Source: Catajapyx aquilonaris (taxonomy: Eukaryota). From it: 20,000 nucleotides of DNA. The stretch's first letter is position 1. Each line of letters opens with the position of its first letter. Below the pieces are notes generated by a model that had not been told where the DNA came from, did not search any database, and was given only the letters and a program-made list of their open reading frames with translations. Where the stretch lies: the NCBI GenBank assembly GCA_000934665.2, contig JYFJ02001519.1:57154-77153 (forward strand), in the 5' to 3' direction. Below, one piece after another: positions 10,327-20,000 of the stretch. The position numbers were made by a program, and so were the translations under genes.

Positions 10327-13300
10327 ATGGACCTCAAGCAAAAGCTCAAGTCATTCATCAACAAGCAGGTGATTAAATTTTCAAAGTGAAACAAAAAAAT
10401 TTAAAGTGTTGTCCACCTGAAATTATTCAGACAATTTACCAGAAATAAAACCATATTATGAATGAAAGTGATTTAAAATAATGGGATATATTTCAGGGGC
10501 AGTCGCCAAAGACAAGCCCTTCCAGTCCGCCCCCGTTGGATCCAGTCCTGCCGAACAACTTTGATTCGCAGAAGTCGGTGGAGCGGGACAAGGAAGTGGA
10601 GTTGAGGGACTTCCCCACGGACCCCATGGCGGATCAGGAGGTCCTGGAGAGCATAGACGAGGTCTACTTCCACACCGATCAGTTTGATCCCAGCCAGTAT
10701 GAGCTGAACGTGAGTCATCGACGTCTCGATTGGTGCAGTGGGTAGGATGTTGGCTGATTATGATATGTTTGTAGAGGATACCGGAAGTGCTGGACCAGCA
10801 TGTGATACATGGCAGTCGGCAGAGGATCCTGCGCCAGCTGACGGTTGTGTCCAAGAAAGTGTTCCAGCTCATCCTCCAGAACCAGTCGTCTTGTAATGAA
10901 GAGCTTACCAGGTATGATATGGCCGTTACTTACTGAGCCAGTACTTACAACTAATCTCTACTTAAGGGTGACTGAACTCCAGTCTGACCTTCATGAAACG
11001 CTTCGTGTCTGTCAACGTGGCCGCCAGCAGCTGCGTTTAGCCAAGCGGCAGTTCACCACGACCAGCCTTGGTATTCTGGCGAACTACCGTAAGCGTCAAC
11101 TGGCCATGTCGCTGTTGCACTCCCTGAGCACCATCAAGACTTTACAGCGGACGGACGAACGGCTTCAGGAATTGCTGGAGGAGGAGGATTACCCAGGAGC
11201 CATCCAATTGCTGCTTGAGTGCCAGAAGGCTGCTGCCACCTACAGGCATTTTGCATGCATCTCTGCGCTCAGTCGGAAGCTGCAGGACACGCTTGTTATG
11301 ACTGAGGAGCAGCTGGACGTAGCCTTAGCCAGGACATGCGCCAGATTTGATCCCAAGAGCTATCGGAAGCTACACACAGCATATCGGTATGGGATTGAGA
11401 AACAAATTAAGTAAATTAAGGAGGATAATTGCATTTTGTTGTTTTTTTGTGTCAGGCTTCTGGGTAAGACGCAGACTGCAATGGACCAGCTACACATGCA
11501 CTTTACATCGGCCATACACAACACAGCGTTTACCATTGTGCATGGATATGTTGAATTGTGTGCATCTGCTGCACCGAATCCGGATTCACCTTCTGAGACA
11601 AGCTCACAGAAGAAGCAGTACTCCGATTTGTGTAAGGTGTGTATCATTTATTGGGGCTCTTTTTATTGTCTTGCGCTAGCAGTAGTTTATCATCCAAAAA
11701 TTTTCTCAACCCACATTTCAGATGGTGACCTCGGAGAGCTTCCTCCCTTGCCTAATTGATCTGTGCAAGTCTCTGTGGGAGATAATGAACAGTTATCACA
11801 AAATGATGCGGTGGCACTCACAGTTAGACGATGACATGGCGTCTTCCATGGACGGCCCTGAGTCTGATTTCACTAGGAAGTACGTCAGGCAAAAGCTTGA
11901 GCATGGACGGTCCAGAGTGTGGCAGGATGTGCAGACCAAAGTGCGCACCTACCTGCTTGCTTCGGACCTGTCGCACTTCAAGTTCGAGGATTTCTTGGCA
12001 GTATTGGAGGCAACTAGGCGACTTATGGATGTGGGGCGTGATTTTTGCGGGGGACCAGCCGAGTCACTGCAGGAGTCACTCAAGCGTCAGAGTGCAAGTT
12101 ACTTCCGGAGCTACCATCGCAACTCATTAGACCAGCTTCGTGTGTTTCTGGAAAATGAGGCCTGGGAGATATGCCCATTGAAGGTCATATTTTAATGCCA
12201 TTTATATAATGTGTGTAGGTCTAGCAACCATATTATTGGGACTGCATTTACATGTGATCGAGCAATTTGATCAGCGATGTGCAGCGAAGAGCATCGCTGG
12301 GCAATGAAATAAATTGTTGGGGTGAAAGTAACAATCGTGTGTCGCTCCCGCTGAGCTGAGCTGAGCAAATTGCTTGCATGTAAACGTGGTCGTAACGTGT
12401 ATTTTCTCACTTTTTTCAGGCTGGCTTCAACATAATGCAGCTCCACGAGATGCGATTATTGGGTGATGCACCAGGTGATACGGTCGTGAACTCGCCAAAT
12501 GCATTCAACACCTTTGCTGACGAAGGCACACCTTTTGACACCGCATTGGACGACACGCAAGAGGAGGACATACTTGCTCCAGGGGCTGACACAATGTCCA
12601 GTGATAGTGATGAGGACGTACCAGATGAGCTCAAATGTGACTATGTCGATGAACGCACTGGTGAACCACCAAAGCAACGCCGCCGCCATCACCTTCCAGA
12701 CGGCCCTATACTCACCAACACTGCCCTGTTTGTCCTACGCTTGTGTGGGAAGTACCTCCAAATGATGCGCCTTCTGCAGCCAGTTGCCTCAGACGTGCTT
12801 GCCTCTTTGTCGCAACTGTTTGACTATTACCTCTATGCTGTTGCGACCTTTTTTTCCCCAAGTGGACAGATGCGACCCCGTGTACTGGCCCGCATTCAGG
12901 AGTGGATGTCTGATACGGTATCGCCACCGTGTGTATCTCCTGCTGTTGATTTAACAACTCCTGAGCGACTCTACGGTTTGAAGGAACGTACCATTGGTGT
13001 TGAGTCGCTTGTGTTTATTGCAACTCAGTTCGGAGCAGTTCGTCCATATATTGAGTCAACTGTGCCAACTACGGCCAGGGCAATGGTGCAGCAGTTCATG
13101 GCTAGTGTGGGTGTTGCGGAAGACATGCGGAAGCCAGTGTACCAAGCCGTGGCAACCAGGGCAGTGGACTTTGACAATGTGATGCAAATGATGAGCAAAG
13201 TCAACTGGGATGTCAGGGAGGTTGTAAGTCAGCATAGCACCTATGTTGATGTATTACTCAGGGTGAGTATTTGTTCCCAAATATTTAACGATGCACCCGT

Positions 13301-16048
13301 AATATTTGAGGACTTAAAACACTAACTGACAATTCATTTTGATCACTCCATATACGGTCACATGAATAACTTAATGCTACGTATGTTCACATTAAAATGT
13401 TTTATTGACCCTGAACGACAAACAGACTAATCACCGCTCACTTTTCTCATTAAAAGCCTCGTCTGCTCTAGGTAGAAATATAGCGTCATTGTCTGGCTGA
13501 TCAGGTGCATGATGAATGGGCTCAACGTCTGTCTCTATGCTAGCTTCGGGGACAATTGCCCTTGCCTCGTGCTTGGGCAGCAACCCCTCTCTGGCCCTGA
13601 AGAGCGAGGCTGATGCCTTTGCCTCCAAGTCTTTCCTTTTTGGCGGACATTGGTCAAAGTCAGTTCGCTGCAGGTTGGCGACGTTAATGCCACTCATGTT
13701 GAAAGTAGTTATGACGCTGGCTACAAGCTCTTCGTCCAGGGAGGTGTTGCGGGTCAGGATCATAGGAATGGACATGCGTCCGTAGAAGATCTCCTTGCAC
13801 GTGTATGCCACTGCGTACGTGTTGTAGTCAGTTTTGGGGATAGCAACTGAAGCTGGACCTAGTAGGCCTGAAAAGAGCAGAAATTGTGATTAGCACTGTT
13901 CTCTAATTTCTTGAATGCATTTTATTTTTGGTAGCAAAGTTTCAGTGCATTATAATTCATCGTAGCTCAAATCTTTCTGGACAGTTTTACTGATTAGAGG
14001 CACTTAATAGTGTAATGCGCTTCAAAAGAAGTCATCCATTTCCATCTGCGTAACACTTGCATTGTATCAGCAGGATGTAAGCAAAGAGAGCCAAGTGTAA
14101 CACTGCATTGCAAAAACACTTCTATTATTTGTGAACGTGAGTTCCTTGCATGTAACGCTGAAATGGGCCCTTTGTAAGCACAAAGCCAGTGTGAAACGCT
14201 TGGAGGTATGGGACTTAGAAATGCTTGTTATACAATATTTAATAGCTATTGCCATGAAATTCATGAAGGTCATGTTTAAATTGGCCAACTGTTTACAGTC
14301 GCATGCATTTTTTGCTGCTGTTGAGTATAGTCATAAGGGGAGTACCTAGTAGGGGCGGAAGAGAGAGCCGCATGAACCCAGAAAGGTACGAATCCATTTT
14401 TGCTTGGAGCTCGTACAGAAATGCAGCTGGAAATCCAAATTCGGGGATCTCTGGAAGGGGCCTCCGCACTTCAATGTCCACTTCACGCTCGTTAAACTCA
14501 AGCCGCACGGACATGCAAGCAGGTGTACCTTCAGGACCCATGAAAACGTGCCACTTTCCAGACATCTAGAAGTAAATGGAAACAAAGTCGTAAATATGCA
14601 CTACAGCTCTTTTGATGATAAGGAATCCTTACCTTGCTTGTGTCAAAGTCCGTCATTGGCGGCACGTTACTACACTGACCCTTGTCAAAGATGTAAGCTG
14701 ATGCTGAAGACATGTATACCATTGTCACCACAAATATCACACCCAACATTGTCACAAAAGGAGGTCAACTGCGATCCACACTCACATCCACTGCTTGCTA
14801 AAATGACGTGACTGGACAACGGATGGCCTTTTTCCTGCCCTTTCACTCTCAAAAAATTATAATTTGTCATGTAGCGACACCTGGCTTCCATTTTTTGGGA
14901 GAGGAAACACAAATTAAATGCAATCATTTGCTGGTGACAGGGTTGTAACATCCTGTTCTTTGTCGCGTGACGCTGCCCCTCCGACGTATCCAACCTTTTG
15001 TTGCCGAGATTTGGGCGGGACACCTTTTTTGTTAGGGATCAATGAACTTCCTCTTTGTTACGCAACATTGTTGACACTACAAAATTATATTGATAGCTCC
15101 ATGTAATTGATTATGTTGCAACAAGGCTTTTATGTGGGTGACCCCTTTCTAGCCACGTACAGTATATAAACCAGGTGAAAGTTGTTGCTTCACTGTGCTA
15201 TTTTTTGAAGTACATTCCTTTTAACCGGGGCGATTAATAGCTGGAATGAATAGTGTGAGGAAAGGATCCTTTGCTTTGTTTTGTACGTCACCGTGTTAAT
15301 TAGCACTGGTCATTATGAAGTAGGGTTTGAAGTCGAAATTAGAGTGAATATGGTATGAATGGGCATCGTAAGCTGTAATTTTCACGCCAGCAATATTGTT
15401 AGTTCCGCCTGTCTTGGATAACTGTTCATAATCATGTCCTTTTATTACCTAGCATTTGCATTGAAATGTTGTGTCATCTTGCCGGCAGGATCTTCAGGTT
15501 TTCACAATGCGCCTGGAGGAGGTGTCGAGACGCACTCCGATCCCCAAGGAAGCGTACACGGTCCTGTGGAACCACGTGATCCGCTTCACCAACCATGTGT
15601 TGGTGGAAGGGTTTGCCAGCACCAAGAAGTGCTCGCAGGGCGGACGTGCTCTCATGCAGCTGGACTTCATCCAGTTTGTTTCCAAGCTGGAGAAAATAAC
15701 CGAAGTGCGCCCAATTCCAGAGAGGGAGTTTGTGGAGAATTTCATCAAGGCCTACTACATTCCAGAGAACAATATGGAAGACTGGATCAAGGAGCACACG
15801 GTACTCGAGTTTTTCATTAGACAAACTTGTGTGGCTGACTGCATTTGGGTTTTGCAACCCTCAAAAATTATCCAGAAGGAGAATTGGTGCCATTAGTTAA
15901 TATCCATTTAATTAAGTTAATTTCATTTTTGCAGGAGTACAGCACAAAGCATCTGGGAGCGTTGGTGACATGCGCACATCAGAACAACAAGAAGGCTAGG
16001 CAGAGGTTGTTTGCAGTGATCGAGGAAGTAGAACGGACTAGGCGATAG
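10327..16048 (+). CDS. VPS50: Syndetin / vacuolar protein sorting 50 (EARP complex subunit, CCDC132), 907 aa, 9 coding exons
   Basis: Exons 10327-10368, 10497-10709, 10775-10911, 10967-11386, 11456-11636, 11722-12183, 12420-13262, 15489-15800 and 15935-16048. All introns are GT-AG and the phases join to 2724 nt. Recognised VPS50 segments: [88 protein letters not shown]. Confidence 0.95.
13401..13406 (-). promoter_or_regulatory. Polyadenylation signal of the nested lipocalin
   Basis: TTTATT on +, about 25 nt downstream of the TGA at 13433-13431. Confidence 0.65.
13431..14749 (-). CDS. Secreted lipocalin, apolipoprotein D-like (257 aa, 3 coding exons), nested antisense in VPS50 intron 7
   Basis: Exon 14749-14633 gives the signal peptide [18 protein letters not shown] and [16 protein letters not shown], exon 14565-14346 starts MSGKWHVF, and exon 13867-13431 carries [16 protein letters not shown] and TDFDQC. 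All three lipocalin conserved regions are present (FD..K..GxW, TDY..YA..Y.C, ILxR), along with four Cys. Introns are GT-AG, phase 0 then phase 1. AATAAA lies at 13406-13401. Confidence 0.9.
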
Positions 16049-16587
16049 TTTTTCTTCCCACTCAAAGCCACACGTAACCGTTTCCTGTTACTGGTTAACA
16101 TTCCTGGTTTACTGGCAACCATATCTCGCATCCATGGCTAGGGTGCATGGAGATACAGTGTACTCTCCCATTAACGAACCGCAAGGTAATGAAAATGATT
16201 TTGTGACCATCATAACCCATACTGAAATGTTGCAATTACTATCCTGCAATGAAAAATATCGAACTTGACACATCAGGGCTCAATTGTACGATAAGACAAC
16301 ATTCATTACACAATTTTTTCCCGGACCTAGGAGTAATGAGTATCATATGCTGTACATCCAATAACTGATGCTGTACTCTTTTCATATACTCCTATGCCCC
16401 GTATAATGAACAAATATTTTCTTCCCTTGAGATTCGATATAAAGAGAGTACACTGTACTTCAGATGTTCAGGGTGACATTTTCCAAATCTTCGGCCAGTC
16501 TACTGGTCACTGAATAATGCAACACGTTCTGCCCTTTCTAGTTCACTTCTTTAATAATTGGTACGTAAAGCACTACAGAGTCCACTA

Positions 16588-18983
16588 TTAATGCGCTAAA
16601 TTGGTTTCTGCACTAGATGATGTAGGCACATAAGCGGCTGCATCCTTCTTGGACCTGTATTTGAGGGACTTGGACTCAATCTTCTCCTGGTCACTCTGCC
16701 AATCCACCTAGGTTGGGAGGGGAAATCATTTTTAAAAATTAGCAAGAGTAATAATAATAATAATTACAGAGTATGAAATTAAATGAGATTATTTCAGTAT
16801 GTAATTGAAATTTTTTATCCCTCATGACCCTCTTAGGCAAGAGTACCTTCTGTTGATGCTGCTGCACTGCGTCCATGACTCGGTCCATAACCATCTTCTC
16901 TGTGAGCACTCCATCCTCAGACGCATACGCTGCTGCCTGCCATGCGACTCCTAGCTTCGCAATCTCTCGTCCAGACATCCCTGCCGAGACTCGCGCTATC
17001 TCCGTGCACAGCTTGCTGTAGTCAAACTGCGCCACCTTGAGCCTGCGCTTTCCTTCTGCTGCAGGTTGAAGGACATACTTTTCGAAATACAGCCTGACCA
17101 GACGCTCACGTTCGTCCAGGCCAGGAAGGGTGAACTCCACCATCTCGTCGAGGCGGTCATTGACAGCCCAGTCAAACTGCTCGGGTGTGTTGGAAGCCAG
17201 GACCAGCATGAACTTGTTGGACTGTTCACCAGTACGGTACAGAAATGCATTTAGGGTGGAACGAAGATCTTCGCTTATTAACTCGGAACTACGTTTACGT
17301 AGAAAGGCATCTGCTTCGTCAACAAAAAGGAGTAGACCTCTGCGGGAAGTGGAAGCCCAGTCAAATACTTTGTGCATGGCTGTGACCCCATCACGACCCA
17401 TGGGTGCCACATCACCACCAGTCATTATGGCATAGTCCATACCACAGTGAGTCGCTAGTTTCTGGAATAAACCAAAGATACGATTAGAAAGCAACTCTGA
17501 TGTGGACACTTGGACAAACATCCAACAACTGATGTGTACCTTTGCAAAGAGCGTCTTGCCAGTTCCAGGTGGCCCATGCATGAGAATGTTCCGATACATC
17601 CCACGGTTGCGCTTGGTGTTCCTGGTAGTGATGGCCACATCCCTGAGCCTCTCCTCCAGCTTGGGCTCCAACACAACGCCTGACAGGGCATCAGTTGCTT
17701 TGGACCTGAGCCGGCCAATGACATGCACCGGGTGCTTGGTTGCCTCCAGAACTGAGAACCTCGACGTCTCACGCACTAATGACGGCTTCCCCAGTCGAGA
17801 CCCTACATATTTGACTGCAACTCCGGTCGCCCCTTTCGCAGTGTAGATCCCAAGGGCCAGGAGGGAGATGCCAGCTGCAGCACGAACAACTTCATCCCAG
17901 TTGTTCAGGAACGCGTGGAATCCAGTGCCCACCACTGATCCCATGGTCCTGCACACAAATGATGGAAATTTACCTCACTGCTTATATCCTGTCAAATATG
18001 GTAATTACTTTCAGATGATCATGCAGAGATTAACTACTTGCATAATGAGATATGCACCTTGGCCTGTAATTATGAGTCAGCTTTAATGTAAGAATAACTG
18101 CATAATCACAGTACCATCTCTTATCAGGTGTGTGTTGGTACAGAGAGTGGGCAAACTCTTACAGTACATTTTGCAACGAATTTTGGCACCTCGTACGCTG
18201 TCTTTTACAAAAGTACAGCAATGCCCCAGAAGCCTGCCTGACCCCTCAGACGTACTGTATGGACTGCAGCACCGTATCCCTATTCTCGGTGGCTCTGAGC
18301 TTGATCTGCTCCAGGTGGATGTCCCTGTTCTCCCGGTCAGCCTGTGCCCTGGCCTTGGCCTCTGCCTGGACCCGCTTCATGTCGTTCTTCATCCTGAGCT
18401 CCATCTCGTGCTCCAGCGTGGCTTTCCTCATGGCCTCCTGCTTCGCCACACTCTCCTCCTGTCTCCGCAGGTTCTCCTCATTCATCCGCTGCTGCTGACC
18501 CAACTGGTCATCGTACCGCTGACGAGACAAGTGGTCCTCGAACTTGGCCCGCTGCTGGTGCTGCCTGTAATGTACCGATTACAATCCGTACGCATGTGTG
18601 TATACTGCAACGTGCCTGGTCTCCTCGGCTATGTTCTTCCTCCTCTCCTCGGCCTCCACCTTCTTCTGCTCGATCCTGGCGTGCTCAATTGCGGCCTCGT
18701 ACTCCTTCATCTTGGAAGCGTAGTCATGCTGCTTGCTGATCTCCTGCTGCTTGGACAGCTCCAGCGCCTCCTTAGCAAAGTGGGATCTCTCCAGATCCTT
18801 GGCAGCCTGTGCCGCTCTCTCCAGTGCGGAGGAGTCAAACCTGTAGGCTTCCATCATGCCGCCGCCACCCCCGGTGTCCTTCCCACCGCCTCCCATCCCT
18901 GGTGGCGGCTTGGGCTTCTCCGGCACCCCTGGAGGCAGGCCCTCGTCCTGGGGCGGCTTGCGACCACCGAAGATCCACGACAT
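16588..18983 (-). CDS. ATAD3: ATPase family AAA domain-containing protein 3 (mitochondrial; belphegor homolog), 606 aa, 5 coding exons
   Basis: Exons 18983-18616, 18564-18256, 17948-17540, 17461-16847 and 16707-16588 (1821 nt). Start [18 protein letters not shown], coiled coil, hydrophobic segment [29 protein letters not shown], Walker [23 protein letters not shown] and Walker [16 protein letters not shown] are all characteristic of ATAD3. Confidence 0.96.
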
Positions 18984-20000
18984 CGCTGGGGGCCAAGCTC
19001 AGGAGCTGGTCCTCATCAGGTGCACACGTGCAGGCAGGTTGACCCTGAGTCGCAATCACGTCGCGGCTATCTGGAGGGGGGAATAACCGCTACATTTTTG
19101 ATACGGGGAAAGGTAGCCGCTATTTGCAGTAGCGTTTATTCCCGTCCGACGGCCAAAAAATGATGCAACCCTGTCGGTTATGAAGTGATTGGTGGTTATG
19201 CTTCTGGCATTATGCTGGCTGCATTATGCGTCGGCACATTTGATTGCTTCCCTGTTGCAAGCTGGGTAGCATAAAATATTTTATGTTGAATAACTTGATT
19301 GCTGGTGGCTACACTGATTTGAGGTTGGGAGTCTGGAAACTAGATGGCGGGGCATGTCCTCTTGTTATGGGCAGATGCGGTTTATATGTGGAGGCGGGAT
19401 AATCCGGGTTCGTTTGACGTCTAATGACCGTGTACTGGGTATGTTTTATGTTCAAGTACGGAGGGGTCATTACACAGTGTTTTGTGGCACAGTGAAACTG
19501 TCGGTGTGATGGTTGCAGCCAGTGTGACAGGGAAGTGGTTTGGACTACAGACGTGACCCATGATGCTGTGCTCGTAAGTACCTTTACATGTCTACGAGGT
19601 CCACAGTTCGATCCCCCCGGACAGCCACACTTCAAAAGAATGTCGCCAAACCGCAAGCGTGATTCCGAGTTGACTTTTTCTCATTGGGCAGCGGGAAATG
19701 AGGGTGACAAACCCGATACGATACGATGTACTAATTGGACAGTCTCATTTCTCATTGCCAATAAGGGACCCCATTTATACGGTTACCTGCCTGTAGATTT
19801 GACCTTGGTCGACCGTGAATCCGGAAAACCGGAAGTTGAACATGAAACCTCTTTAGGGTCCGCTGAATTCGAATCCGAAAACTGTTTGTCGATATCTCCT
19901 GCACAAGATGGATAAACAGGGTATGGTGGCAAAACTGGGGCCGTTTTCCCTCTAGCGGGGTGTGAGTGTGATGTAAGGTCTGGCCGCCAGAGGCGCAGCT

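Noticed and set aside
16049..16587. Possible overlap of the convergent VPS50 and ATAD3 3' UTRs
   Set aside because: No canonical AATAAA, but variant signals (TATAAA on + near 16438, ATTAAA on - at 16555-16550) allow non-overlapping ends. Not decidable from sequence.
18132..19163. 343-aa ORF on + overlapping the 5' half of ATAD3
   Set aside because: Leu-rich antisense shadow of GAG/CAG/AAG coiled-coil codons, with a non-ATG start and no recognisable domain.
19535..19915. 126-aa plus ORF near the window end
   Set aside because: Non-ATG start, no recognisable domain and no supporting gene signals.

Overview
Eukaryotic, gene-dense genomic DNA with mostly short spliceosomal introns. It is animal and plausibly arthropod, but I cannot fix the taxon from sequence alone. 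I reconstructed five protein-coding genes by hand from splice signals and reading-frame continuity. (1, 2) Two tandem minus-strand genes I do not recognise, with the same layout: TATAAAG, a signal-peptide exon, a phase-1 intron, one large exon and AATAAA. They encode Cys-free, low-complexity secreted proteins of 202 aa and 423 aa; the larger is acidic with 16 S-x-E motifs. (3) VPS50/syndetin on + (9 coding exons, 907 aa). (4) An ApoD-type lipocalin (3 coding exons, 257 aa) nested antisense inside the 2.2-kb intron 7 of VPS50. (5) ATAD3 on - (5 coding exons, 606 aa), convergent with VPS50 and probably using a GC-AG first intron. The window also has an intact tRNA-Gln(CTG) with a Pol III terminator and a (TAC)n microsatellite inside a small tandem duplication. 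The best novelty candidates are the orphan secreted-protein pair, especially the putative Fam20C-type phosphoprotein, and the nested lipocalin with a long C-terminal tail.
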